Virus record (IMG/VR): IMGVR_UViG_3300028027_000001
Length of the DNA: 64,000 nucleotides
Reading direction: 5' to 3' (one strand)
DNA from: a virus
In this document: positions 8,911-18,066 of the stretch, one piece after another
Numbering within the stretch: the first letter of the stretch is position 1
Layout: the number at the start of each line of letters is the position of its first letter
The notes under the pieces: generated by a model
The model's database searches: none
Told to the model about the DNA's origin: nothing
Seen by the model: the letters and a program-made list of their open reading frames with translations, nothing else
Made by a program: the position numbers and the translations under genes

Positions 8911-9957
8911 CTAGTCTTTGATAATCATCTTTTTAGAGTCGATTACTTTATTGTCAACTATTAATCGGTAATAGTAGATTCCTGCAGGTAAATGTTCTTT
9001 TTCAATTTCAATTTTGTTTTTTTCAGGGTCTAATTCATATTTTAAATTAAAATTAGCATAAGTAGAATACTTAATGTCAATGTATGATTTTGAATGTTTA
9101 GGGACAATATATTCAATTACTGTTGAGTATTTGAATGGGTTTGGGTAATTTTGACCTAGTTTAGGTACAACTGTATCCTGTTTGTCTAGTATGGATTGGT
9201 TAGGTTTTAAATAATCAACTAAAATGGATTTTGATTGAACACACCCATTTTTATCTGTTACATTTACCAAATAAGTTCCCGCTTTTATTGTTTTTAGGTT
9301 TTGTGTTTTAGCACCATTACTCCAAGAATATGAGTATGGTGGTGTACCATAATTAACACTTATTGATATTGAACCATTACTAGCTGTTTTAGTGTTCGGT
9401 TTAATAACAGTTTCATCAATTGTCATTGGTGTTAAAGTATCTATAACATAATGAAAACCAACAGTTTCCATAGTACATCCCTTAGAATCAACTACTCTAA
9501 CCCTATATGCACCCGCTCCCACATTTCCAGTATTTGAAATGAATGGTTTATTGTTCCTATCAAAATAATAGAATGTATATGGAAACAACCCACCACTAAC
9601 AAAATTTTCCATATGAGATAAACCACCAGGACAAACTATTGGGGTAAATGTTGTTGTTAATCTAAGCTTAAGTGGTTGTGGAATTGAGTCAGAAACTGTT
9701 TTAACACATCCCTTGGTGTCTGTTACCTTAACCGTATATTTACCCGCCTTAGATTGCAGATTCTGCGCATTATACCCGTTAGACCACTCATATTTGTATG
9801 GGCCTGTTCCACCATCTACTTTAGTTAGTAATATTTTCCCATCTCCACCAAAACAATTTGCTGATACTGGTTTGGCTGTTACAATCATTTTTGAACAATC
9901 TTGAGTATAGGAAATGAAGGGGGTTAGAAAAATAGCAATTAAAGTAGATAGTTTCAT
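8911..9957 (-). CDS. Secreted SprB-repeat protein with type IX secretion (T9SS) C-terminal sorting domain
   Basis: Signal peptide; three repeats of C.G...G.I....GGT.PY.Y.WSNG...NL.AG.Y.V.VTD..GC; C-terminal LGQNYPNPF...LPAGIYYYRL......KKMII. Confidence 0.85.
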   Translation of the reverse strand: MKLSTLIAIFLTPFISYTQDCSKMIVTAKPVSANCFGGDGKILLTKVDGGTGPYKYEWSNGYNAQNLQSKAGKYTVKVTDTKGCVKTVSDSIPQPLKLRLTTTFTPIVCPGGLSHMENFVSGGLFPYTFYYFDRNNKPFISNTGNVGAGAYRVRVVDSKGCTMETVGFHYVIDTLTPMTIDETVIKPNTKTASNGSISISVNYGTPPYSYSWSNGAKTQNLKTIKAGTYLVNVTDKNGCVQSKSILVDYLKPNQSILDKQDTVVPKLGQNYPNPFKYSTVIEYIVPKHSKSYIDIKYSTYANFNLKYELDPEKNKIEIEKEHLPAGIYYYRLIVDNKVIDSKKMIIKD

Positions 9958-9967
9958 GGGGTTTTAA

Positions 9968-10216
9968 TTATAAATATTTGTTTTGGTAGTAAGGGACATA
10001 TTTGTTTCTGACATCCAGTCCTTTTTTAATATCACAAAACTTTGAAGACTCGGTTAATACAAATGCATCCATTTCTTCATCACTAGCACATTCACATATT
10101 ATATCCAATTCACTTGGTGTAATGTTATACATTGTATACATAAGGCTGTCAATCAAATAAGTTATGCCTCCACCTCCTGGTGCTCCTTCACTTACTTCTT
10201 TTCTTAGTTTTTTCAT
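9968..10216 (-). CDS. Hypothetical protein
   Basis: ORF packing. Confidence 0.65.
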   Translation of the reverse strand: MKKLRKEVSEGAPGGGGITYLIDSLMYTMYNITPSELDIICECASDEEMDAFVLTESSKFCDIKKGLDVRNKYVPYYQNKYL

Positions 10217-10226
10217 AACTATTTAA

Positions 10227-10640
10227 TTAAAATGAATTTCTTCTATCGGTAATATCTTTTATTATTCCTAAATCAGGAAATATTACAGATACTGTTCTTC
10301 CAAACTCTTTATTTGGGGTGAATTGATATGTTATTTCTTTTATAGGACCATATAATAAATTAATTGCAGTCTTTAAGTCTTCTACTTTATCTGCTTCATA
10401 TGGGGTTAAAGCAAATTTATAGACTAAGTCTTGAACATGAGTAACTGAAAATTGGTTTTCAAATATAATTATTGCCTCTGACTCACATTCAATGTATGGT
10501 AATAGAAAACCTAAAAAATCATCATTGAATATTTCTTGTTGGTTAGGGATAATATTAATTTGAGCTCCTTTAATTACATCAAACACATACCAAGTATTTG
10601 TGTCTTTATTTTTTCTAATTGATCCTAAATACGTTCTCAT
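10227..10640 (-). CDS. Hypothetical protein
   Basis: ORF packing. Confidence 0.65.
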   Translation of the reverse strand: MRTYLGSIRKNKDTNTWYVFDVIKGAQINIIPNQQEIFNDDFLGFLLPYIECESEAIIIFENQFSVTHVQDLVYKFALTPYEADKVEDLKTAINLLYGPIKEITYQFTPNKEFGRTVSVIFPDLGIIKDITDRRNSF

Positions 10641-10641
10641 A

Positions 10642-10830
10642 TTATTTTTCAGTTATAATTAAATTTTTTATAAATGTATCGTCTTGGTCATGTAAATCCA
10701 ATTCTAATCTACCTTCACCATTAGTATTCCATCTAATTATCCACCCATCGACCACAACTGAACCATCTTTTGGTTCGTTTGATACTTGGTTTGTTACTGT
10801 AAAATTAGGTAAATCACTCATATTAATCAA
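10642..10830 (-). CDS. Hypothetical protein
   Basis: ORF packing. Confidence 0.6.
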   Translation of the reverse strand: MINMSDLPNFTVTNQVSNEPKDGSVVVDGWIIRWNTNGEGRLELDLHDQDDTFIKNLIITEK

Positions 10831-11068
10831 GCATTATTCCATAACTAGTTAAAATCTCTCTAATCATCTCTCTGTAGCGTTCCGCTACTGAATCTTCTAC
10901 TGAGCATGCTTCTTTACCATGATTGATATGGGATTGAGCATATTTGGTAGTTTTTCTTAGTTCTTGATCTAAGTCCCACATAGCTAATTTCCACTTATAA
11001 CCATCAAGTGCTGTTCTAATATCATCTTGATCTTCTACAGCATCAAATTCTAATATAACCTTTGCCAT
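10823..11068 (-). CDS. Hypothetical phage protein
   Basis: ORF with promoter at ~11092. Confidence 0.7.
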   Translation of the reverse strand: MAKVILEFDAVEDQDDIRTALDGYKWKLAMWDLDQELRKTTKYAQSHINHGKEACSVEDSVAERYREMIREILTSYGIMLD

Positions 11069-11104
11069 CTTATTTATTTTTTAATTATGCTTGAATATAC
11101 GAAC

Positions 11105-11338
11105 TTATTTTTGATTTTCAAAATATAATTCAATTTCCTCATTGTGAGGTTTATTTAATTCTTCAAGTTTATCGGCGATCATCCTTAAACTAAATTCATT
11201 CCAATAACCTTGTTGTTTCGACCAAAACACCCAAAATCCATCAACTTCAGTATAAAAGTACCCCAAATGTTGGGTATGGAAGTATACTTCGTAGCGATAT
11301 TTGGATTCTGTGGATTGTAATTTTAGTTCTGGTTTCAT
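11105..11338 (-). CDS. Hypothetical phage protein
   Basis: EVDGFWVF...LRMIADKLEELN. Confidence 0.7.
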   Translation of the reverse strand: MKPELKLQSTESKYRYEVYFHTQHLGYFYTEVDGFWVFWSKQQGYWNEFSLRMIADKLEELNKPHNEEIELYFENQK

Positions 11339-11577
11339 TTAGTTACTGATTCTATTTTTTCAATGAGATATTTTTGTAATTCTTCAATTTCAATTTTAGT
11401 ACTTGGTGTATTGAAACATTCAAATTGAACCCCATCAACTCTATCAGTCATTATTAATAAGTGATAATCATCTGATATGGGATCCTGATTAAGTTGGGAT
11501 TTTACGGAATTGATCATTTCCACATTTTCCTCAAACTCTGCTTGTTGTGGTAATCTAATTACAAATATTGGTTTCAT
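11335..11577 (-). CDS. Hypothetical protein
   Basis: ORF packing. Confidence 0.65.
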   Translation of the reverse strand: MKPIFVIRLPQQAEFEENVEMINSVKSQLNQDPISDDYHLLIMTDRVDGVQFECFNTPSTKIEIEELQKYLIEKIESVTK

Positions 11578-11583
11578 ATTATT

Positions 11584-12630
11584 TCAATTTGATAATGGAA
11601 TTTTAATGGTTGGGTGTGATTGATAATTTTCTAAAGTAAAATCACTAATAGAATATGTCGGTAAACAATCACCCACAGCCCATTTAACAATTTCACTTTC
11701 AATTTTTAAAGTTGGTAGTGGGTATGGTTCTCTATTTAATTGTTCTTTAATTGGTTCAATTTGATTTGAATAGATATGACAATCCCCCATATTAGCAATT
11801 AGTTCATCCGGAATCATATTCACTTCTTTAGCGATTATTTCTAATAATAAGCCATAAGATGCTAGGTTGAATGGGGTGCCTAATGGAACATCTTGGCTTC
11901 GAGCATTATACATTAATGAGATTGCTCTTTTAGGAACAGTATCTCCATATATTTTAGGTTCACCTCTGTATAGGTATTTATTTGCCTCGTGTTTTGGGTC
12001 TTCAGCATTTCTAACCCAGTCTACGTTATCAATAACCCATTTCTGTCTTTCATCATCACTCAACTCTTTGGTGTAAAATTGAAAGCTATAGTGACATGGT
12101 CGTAAAATCATATTATCTAATTCACCAACATTCCAAGCTGAAACGATGATACCTCTATCGTCTGGGTTTGTTTTGAGTAGGTGGATTGCATTTGCTATTT
12201 GGTCTATTATTTTTCCATTATATTGAATTGATCTCCAGCCGGCACCATAGATGGGACCTAGATTAAACATTGAATCATGGAAGGAATGACCCCCAGTTTT
12301 TACCTTTTGTTTAATTTCTTCAAGTGTGTATGGGGAGGAACATGAGTTTTTATATTTTTTAAACCAATCCCCGTCCCAAATAGAAATGTTATCTTTCCAT
12401 AAATGTCTAATATCTGTTGAACCATTAAGAAACCATAAAAGTTCACCAACAATACTTTTCCAGTGAAGTTTTTTCGTAGTCAATAATGGAAACCCGTCTG
12501 ACATTTTATGTCTAATTTGTCTACCAAACACAGAAATTGTTCCAACTCCAGTCCTGTCTTGTTTTTTTACTCCATTATCTAAAATATCTTGAAGCAATGC
12601 TTGGTATTGTTTATCTAAATTGTTTGCCAT
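11584..12630 (-). CDS. thyA: Thymidylate synthase
   Basis: DRTG.GT, FPLLTTKK, ELLWFL, LGPIYG, PCH, RS.D..LG.PFN, GDCHIY. Confidence 0.95.
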   Translation of the reverse strand: MANNLDKQYQALLQDILDNGVKKQDRTGVGTISVFGRQIRHKMSDGFPLLTTKKLHWKSIVGELLWFLNGSTDIRHLWKDNISIWDGDWFKKYKNSCSSPYTLEEIKQKVKTGGHSFHDSMFNLGPIYGAGWRSIQYNGKIIDQIANAIHLLKTNPDDRGIIVSAWNVGELDNMILRPCHYSFQFYTKELSDDERQKWVIDNVDWVRNAEDPKHEANKYLYRGEPKIYGDTVPKRAISLMYNARSQDVPLGTPFNLASYGLLLEIIAKEVNMIPDELIANMGDCHIYSNQIEPIKEQLNREPYPLPTLKIESEIVKWAVGDCLPTYSISDFTLENYQSHPTIKIPLSN

Positions 12631-12660
12631 AACTTTTTTATTTGATTAAATATACGAATC

Positions 12661-12948
12661 CTATCGGCCTAGTACAATTCCTCTTTTAATATCATATTTG
12701 AATGGATCTGCCGGTCCTTTTCTAACAGCATTGTAATCTTCATGGTCACCATCCCACCAATCACCTCCATTCTCCTCACTATAAAAATCTCTACATACTT
12801 CGATATGTTCAATTCTATCTTTAGTTACATCTCTAAATCCACTTTCATATCCTTGAACGTATACTTCTAAATTACCATCTAATGTCATTAAATGGTTGAT
12901 TAATTCGTTAATAGTCATAACCGAATAATTTATCATATGAATAATCAA
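12661..12948 (-). CDS. Hypothetical protein
   Basis: MTINELI...VYVQGYESG pattern. Confidence 0.65.
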   Translation of the reverse strand: MIIHMINYSVMTINELINHLMTLDGNLEVYVQGYESGFRDVTKDRIEHIEVCRDFYSEENGGDWWDGDHEDYNAVRKGPADPFKYDIKRGIVLGR

Positions 12949-13072
12949 TCACTTCACCCCATCTTAACCCAGTTGTTAAAAATAGGAATGCTGGGATAAC
13001 AAATGTTATTAATAATAAGCTCCACATTGTGGAGATTAATAAAAATAATAATCTTTTAGCTAATAGTTTCAT
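12908..13072 (-). CDS. Small membrane protein (not in ORF track)
   Basis: MKLLAKRLLFLLISTMWSLLLITFVIPAFLFLTTG...; fills the gap. Confidence 0.5.
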   Translation of the reverse strand: MKLLAKRLLFLLISTMWSLLLITFVIPAFLFLTTGLRWGEVIDYSYDKLFGYDY

Positions 13073-13250
13073 CTTTTATTTCTTTTAAAAAAACACCACA
13101 ACCAAAGTCTTTGGTTTGGTTAATAATTCTGTGACTTAATGTCTTGTATTCTTTTTCTTTTAATAGGAACTGGAATTGTTCAAATTGAAATTCCTTTCCC
13201 TCACATACACATTCGTATGTTTTTCCTTCGAATTTAAACTGTAGTTTCAT
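13056..13250 (-). CDS. Hypothetical protein
   Basis: ORF packing. Confidence 0.6.
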   Translation of the reverse strand: MKLQFKFEGKTYECVCEGKEFQFEQFQFLLKEKEYKTLSHRIINQTKDFGCGVFLKEIKDETIS

Positions 13251-13575
13251 CTATTTTGGTTAATGTGTAATTACTGTTTTTTGTTTTAAATACTACTTTA
13301 TCAGGAGTAAATGAAATTAATTCGGTAATAGGTGTTGTTTGCCAAACATAATACTGGTTAAATGGGGACATAATCAATGATCTACCCACTGAGGGTTCTT
13401 TGTGTCTTGATTTAAATGTTGAATCATCATTCCACTCAATCCACGTAATATCAACGGATTTAACGATCATATTATCGTGTTCTCTAACAAGACACCACTT
13501 TGGGTGATCCACCGTTATTCCAATCATACTAGCAAAGGTATCTAAGTCAAAGGATGTGTTTTCTATTTTACTCAT
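13234..13575 (-). CDS. Hypothetical phage protein
   Basis: WQTTPITE...FKTKNSNYTL. Confidence 0.7.
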   Translation of the reverse strand: MSKIENTSFDLDTFASMIGITVDHPKWCLVREHDNMIVKSVDITWIEWNDDSTFKSRHKEPSVGRSLIMSPFNQYYVWQTTPITELISFTPDKVVFKTKNSNYTLTKIDETTV

Positions 13576-13876
13576 TTCTTATATTGTTTAATATATTCGT
13601 GTAATGATTTTAAATCAGTGCAAATTGGTAAACCGTTATCATCTGCTGTCAATCCCCATTTCCATAATTATTTTCATAGATGAACCAATTAATCCAATCA
13701 ATTCCTTCTACACTATAGTGACTTTTAAATGTTAATTGTAAAAGTTTATCTAAACCTTGCCATACCGGAAATTTTTCATTCTCTAAAAAGTCAAATCCCA
13801 AATTATACAACTCTTGGAATTGTTTAGTTGTTTGTTTATACTCTTTAATGATTTTTTTAAATTCTTTAAACTTCAT
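13572..13876 (-). pseudogene. Hypothetical protein with an apparent 1-nt frameshift near 13655
   Basis: The ORF stops at 13649, but another frame continues GLTADDNGLPICTDLKSLHEYIKQYKK to 13572 and abuts the next gene. Confidence 0.55.
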
Positions 13877-14040
13877 AACTTTATATTTAATTTTTCTTCT
13901 GTTAGATCATCTAATAGTTCGTGGCAATTAAGGCATTTTGGGTCACAATTCATATCTAATACTTCTTTAATATCAAATTGATGCTGACACACGTGTTCTA
14001 CTTTAAAATACTTTTTTACTCTCTTAATTACTCTTTTCAT
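13873..14040 (-). CDS. Small putative Zn-binding protein (not in ORF track)
   Basis: MKRVIKRV...CQHQF...CLNC; promoter at ~14060. Confidence 0.55.
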   Translation of the reverse strand: MKRVIKRVKKYFKVEHVCQHQFDIKEVLDMNCDPKCLNCHELLDDLTEEKLNIKL

Positions 14041-14081
14041 TATTTTTTTATTTATACTGGAATATACGAATGAGAATTTAA

Positions 14082-14291
14082 TTATCTCTGTCCTCTAATT
14101 TGAGAGAGTATTTCTTCGTTGGTTTGGTAATCGTGTGATTCGATTTCTTCTCCAATTAAAGCATCAATTCTACCTAATTGGTATGCTTTCTGTTCGAGTG
14201 ATGTGTTGAGGTGTTGAGGAAACACATCGTGTAAACTGTCGGTAAAACCCTTCATATACACTGCTAGTAGTTGTTCGTCGGTAATATTCAT
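14082..14291 (-). CDS. Hypothetical protein
   Basis: ORF packing. Confidence 0.65.
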   Translation of the reverse strand: MNITDEQLLAVYMKGFTDSLHDVFPQHLNTSLEQKAYQLGRIDALIGEEIESHDYQTNEEILSQIRGQR

Positions 14292-14292
14292 T

Positions 14293-14826
14293 TTATTTAT
14301 TTTTAGTTAAAATTAAACAACCATTTTCATCAAGTTTATAACCTGAATTTGGTGCGTGTTCTTCAAAACCTCTAACTTCTGATTCTGTTAATTCAGAACT
14401 GTATGGTAACATTTCAATCTCAACCTCTATTTCTGTTGGTTGTTGTAGCAGTAATTGTATAAATTCATCTACTGGTAATCTTGAAAGATAAATGTTTTCT
14501 GTTGACCTATCATATCCCCATACTATACCTTGTTTAAATTGCTCAAGTGTAAACAACTTATCTTTATTCAACTCCACGGCTTTGTTGAAACCTTTTAAAT
14601 AACCTATTCTAAAATAAGGGTCTTGTTTATACTTTTGACTATCCAATCTTAATGGGTCAGTATTGTTACATTCTTCTAAAGCTAATGCTCCAACATCTAT
14701 TATACCAAACATTTCATCACAGTTCTGTTTGGATAATCTTTTATAAGGAGATTCTTGGGTTGTAGCTATACAACTATCATCTTCGGCATATAACTTGTAT
14801 TCTTCACCAATTTTCTTTAATATCAT
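14293..14826 (-). CDS. Hypothetical phage protein
   Basis: LSKQNCDEMFG...LDENGCLIL; promoter upstream. Confidence 0.7.
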   Translation of the reverse strand: MILKKIGEEYKLYAEDDSCIATTQESPYKRLSKQNCDEMFGIIDVGALALEECNNTDPLRLDSQKYKQDPYFRIGYLKGFNKAVELNKDKLFTLEQFKQGIVWGYDRSTENIYLSRLPVDEFIQLLLQQPTEIEVEIEMLPYSSELTESEVRGFEEHAPNSGYKLDENGCLILTKNK

Positions 14827-14907
14827 AACCTTTGTTTTAATTTATTAATATGCTTGAATATACGAAACCTATTTAAGAAAACAAAAGCCCCTGTTGGGGC
14901 TTTAAAA

Positions 14908-15207
14908 TTATTTTTTCTCTAATATAATTATTGCATCCCGTATCTGGGCGCACACCTCATACAGCTCATTTTCTTCAAATATGGAGAGATTTTGTTTTAA
15001 GGTAGATAAAAATTCTTTCCTATCCACAGTAATGTCATATATTGTTTGTTCTTGTTCAACCAACACCGACAAAGCATGTAAGTGGCGTTTACGTCCCTTT
15101 AGGTTAGATAAGATAGTAGTAACCAATGCTTCAGCAATTCGCACATCTCTCTTAGTAATCAATTCCTCGAATTCATCACTATTAAATACAATAATTTCAC
15201 TTGCCAT
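14908..15207 (-). CDS. Hypothetical protein with UVR-like C-terminal helix
   Basis: ENELYEVCAQIRD. Confidence 0.65.
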   Translation of the reverse strand: MASEIIVFNSDEFEELITKRDVRIAEALVTTILSNLKGRKRHLHALSVLVEQEQTIYDITVDRKEFLSTLKQNLSIFEENELYEVCAQIRDAIIILEKK

Positions 15208-15208
15208 A

Positions 15209-15367
15209 TTAAAATAAATTTAAAAACCCAGGATCAATTGGTTTATCCTTGAGTTTTTGGTTACGCTCATCGTCTTTTAATAACCGAGTTGCTAACTTTT
15301 CTAAGTGTTTTTCCTTTTGTTTGTCGTAATCTTTAATTATACGTTGGTGTTTCTTAGACGGTTTCAT
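15209..15367 (-). CDS. Small basic protein (not in ORF track)
   Basis: MKPSKKHQRIIKDYDKQKEKHLEKLATRLLKDD... Confidence 0.55.
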   Translation of the reverse strand: MKPSKKHQRIIKDYDKQKEKHLEKLATRLLKDDERNQKLKDKPIDPGFLNLF

Positions 15368-15379
15368 ACTCATAAATAT

Positions 15380-16036
15380 TTACTTTTTTCTTGAAACCAA
15401 AGAATAAGGATCATCATCTACACTGTCATTCCATCCACCCAATTCCTCCAATTTAGATAAATGGTATTCGTCTAATTCAAAATGAACTAAATCAGAATGG
15501 AATTGACCTTGTCTACCTGTTTCAATCCACTGGATGTCACTTTTAGTGAATGTATTACCAATATATAGGAAATAACAATTGTAGCATAGTAATTGAACGT
15601 TATTTAATCCCCAATGGGTTCTATTTCCATCTATAAAATTAAGTAGTAATGGTGGTTTGTTATCAATTGTTCTACGTTGTGAAAAACCACACGCATAACA
15701 TTCCTCCTTCATATAACCAGATTCAATCATACTTGCTCTGATTTTATCTGGGTGGAAACTAGCTGCTGATACTTCTCCGTTTATTATTTTAAGTATATGG
15801 GGTAATGTTTTTGCATTTGGGTGAGGGCTAGATAAAAATTTCTTAATACCTTTACCACATTGGTTTTTATGCACGTCAAATAATGATTGTCCTGTGGCTT
15901 CATCGGTATAAGCCTTCATGTATCTTTTAACATGTTGGTAGGAACAATTCAAGTATCTTGAAGCGGCTCTAACTGACTTTGTCTGTGACATGGCCGCTAA
16001 AATCATTTCTTTAGTTAAATGTAAAGCTCTTGGCAT
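15380..16036 (-). CDS. HTH plus degenerate HNH-fold protein
   Basis: SVRAASRYLNCSY HTH; CYACG...LLNFIDGN...NVQLLCYNC. Confidence 0.7.
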   Translation of the reverse strand: MPRALHLTKEMILAAMSQTKSVRAASRYLNCSYQHVKRYMKAYTDEATGQSLFDVHKNQCGKGIKKFLSSPHPNAKTLPHILKIINGEVSAASFHPDKIRASMIESGYMKEECYACGFSQRRTIDNKPPLLLNFIDGNRTHWGLNNVQLLCYNCYFLYIGNTFTKSDIQWIETGRQGQFHSDLVHFELDEYHLSKLEELGGWNDSVDDDPYSLVSRKK

Positions 16037-16083
16037 ATTTTATTTTTTATTGAATATACAAAAAAAGCTTGGTAAAACCAAGC

Positions 16084-16341
16084 TTATTCTTCTTCTTCTG
16101 ATAATTTAGGATTTACAATATCGAGATGTTTCTTACTAATCGTTTCATATTTCTCGTATTGTTCGGGTTCCATAAATACTACATCGGTCCATGTGTGGTC
16201 CTTGTTTCCAAACATGGTAGTTACACCACGTTTAGCCCCCGTAGTAGAACAATCTACACAGGTTTTAGTTCCTGGGAGGGCTTTAATGCGGAGTGGGTTT
16301 ATTGGTTCTTTGCAATGGATGCAAGGTATAGATTCATTCAT
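16084..16341 (-). CDS. DksA/TraR-type C4 zinc finger protein
   Basis: CIHCKEPINPLRIKALPGTKTCVDCS. Confidence 0.8.
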   Translation of the reverse strand: MNESIPCIHCKEPINPLRIKALPGTKTCVDCSTTGAKRGVTTMFGNKDHTWTDVVFMEPEQYEKYETISKKHLDIVNPKLSEEEE

Positions 16342-16714
16342 ATTGTTTGATAAATTTGTATAATTGTTTTGGGGTTTTGATTATATGTTCGACATCGTTT
16401 TCATCTACTATACTACATTCTTCCCCATCTTCTGCTGTTCTTTCGAATACATACCATAAGATAACGGAGGATGGTATTTCTCCATATGTTTTAGCAAGTA
16501 AATTTTCAATTATCACCATATATCCCATATCGTATGCAAACAAGTTAATACCTAATTCTTCAGCTAATATGGATCTTTCACTAGCATCACATAACGCTTC
16601 AATTAAACTTAGGAAATACGCTTCATCTTGTTTTTTAGGTGATAATGTTTTTTCTTTTATTTCAACACCTTTCCCAATTAACTCAGATAGATGTTTCGTC
16701 TGTCTCTTCTCCAT
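16334..16714 (-). CDS. Hypothetical protein (probable paralog of 13572..13876)
   Basis: ILWYVFE...LYKFIKQY resembles INWFIYE...LHEYIKQY. Confidence 0.7.
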   Translation of the reverse strand: MEKRQTKHLSELIGKGVEIKEKTLSPKKQDEAYFLSLIEALCDASERSILAEELGINLFAYDMGYMVIIENLLAKTYGEIPSSVILWYVFERTAEDGEECSIVDENDVEHIIKTPKQLYKFIKQYE

Positions 16715-16868
16715 ATGCTTTTACGTTAAATATAGATATGAATTCATCTACTGTTAATTTTTTAATCTCAGCAAATATTTGAGCAGCTTCATAAGCATTA
16801 TTTGCTTTTACTTTGTGTATAGGCTCTGAATTTGAATCATAAGCACTAAAATAAACATAAGTTTCCAT
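16683..16868 (-). CDS. Hypothetical protein
   Basis: ORF packing. Confidence 0.6.
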   Translation of the reverse strand: METYVYFSAYDSNSEPIHKVKANNAYEAAQIFAEIKKLTVDEFISIFNVKAYGEETDETSI

Positions 16869-16869
16869 T

Positions 16870-18066
16870 TTATAAGTTTATTAATGTGTGAGATAAATCT
16901 TCTAAATGTTGGATATGGACCTTAAATATATCTGCTTCAAAATCTCCAGTAAATCCAGGACCATCTTTAATGATTTGTGGGAAGTTATGCAATATATGGA
17001 TACTATCAGTAGTCAATTGTTTAGCATCAAATTCAATTACAATGTCATTTTCACTAATAGGATCATTATGGCCAATACACATTACTCTTTTAGATAAATC
17101 GTATGTTGTATTATGCTGTTCCTGGTCAAGATAATGCGAATATAACACTTGCATTTCGTCCTCAATATAAATCCTGTCACACCACGGTTCAAACGCTTCT
17201 AACAACGCTAAATTACAGTTTTTAACAACATATGCAATGTTGTATACTGGTGGAATGATTGGGTACTGGAATTCATCATTTTTAATCCATGATTTCCATT
17301 TGCGCAAATAGTTACGTTGTGCTCGTTTAGATACTATTTTAAAATAATCATCATCCGTTCCCACTTTATCATTCCATCTGTGCCCACGACATGTTAAATG
17401 ATAGACAAAAGCATCTCTAGATTGAATTAATTCATACCCAGCTAGTATCCAACGTTGAAATATATCTGAGTCTTCATAAGGGAATGGAGCAAATAATGGG
17501 TCATGTCCTCCTATTGCTTGGAAATCTTTTTTATAGATAATCCAAGGTGCGAACATGCCTTTTGTTGTTTGATCTTTAAATTCAATTTGTGCGTCGGCAA
17601 CAAATGTTTCAAAAGCATCTATATCTAATGTGTCAAAATCCATTCCAAAATCACGAATGATTTTTTCTTTACCTTCAGGATGTAATGGTGGTTCGATTCT
17701 AGTACCACAAACAACAGTTCCAGGTTTGATATGTTTAACTAGGTTTTCAATATAATTAGGTCCTAGGATCATATCGGCATGGATAATACCTACAATTTCA
17801 TTAGTAGCTAACTCAATCCCTTTATCATATAAAATAGTATGACCTACTCGTTCTTCACTCCTAATAATTCTTGTTTTATTATTAGGTAATGTTTCTACTG
17901 TTTGCATCCATTCCCAAGTTCCATCAGTTGAACCATCATCTAATAAGATGATTTCAGCTTCTGGAGCATGTTTTAAGATAGAGGCATATGCATTTTGGAT
18001 ATGCTGGAGGTTGTTGTACGATGGTAATATTAAACTAATCATATTTTCTGTATTGTTAGTCCCCAT
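16870..18066 (-). CDS. Family 2 glycosyltransferase with C-terminal extension
   Basis: ISLILPSYN, DDGSTDGT, HAD, GGHD..F.P..YEDSD. Confidence 0.9.
   Translation of the reverse strand: MGTNNTENMISLILPSYNNLQHIQNAYASILKHAPEAEIILLDDGSTDGTWEWMQTVETLPNNKTRIIRSEERVGHTILYDKGIELATNEIVGIIHADMILGPNYIENLVKHIKPGTVVCGTRIEPPLHPEGKEKIIRDFGMDFDTLDIDAFETFVADAQIEFKDQTTKGMFAPWIIYKKDFQAIGGHDPLFAPFPYEDSDIFQRWILAGYELIQSRDAFVYHLTCRGHRWNDKVGTDDDYFKIVSKRAQRNYLRKWKSWIKNDEFQYPIIPPVYNIAYVVKNCNLALLEAFEPWCDRIYIEDEMQVLYSHYLDQEQHNTTYDLSKRVMCIGHNDPISENDIVIEFDAKQLTTDSIHILHNFPQIIKDGPGFTGDFEADIFKVHIQHLEDLSHTLINL

Noticed and set aside
11584-12630. thyA as a dCMP/dUMP hydroxymethylase for base modification
   Set aside because: It keeps the canonical ThyA motifs, including the dUMP-specifying Asn in PFN. 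Only loop insertions differ.
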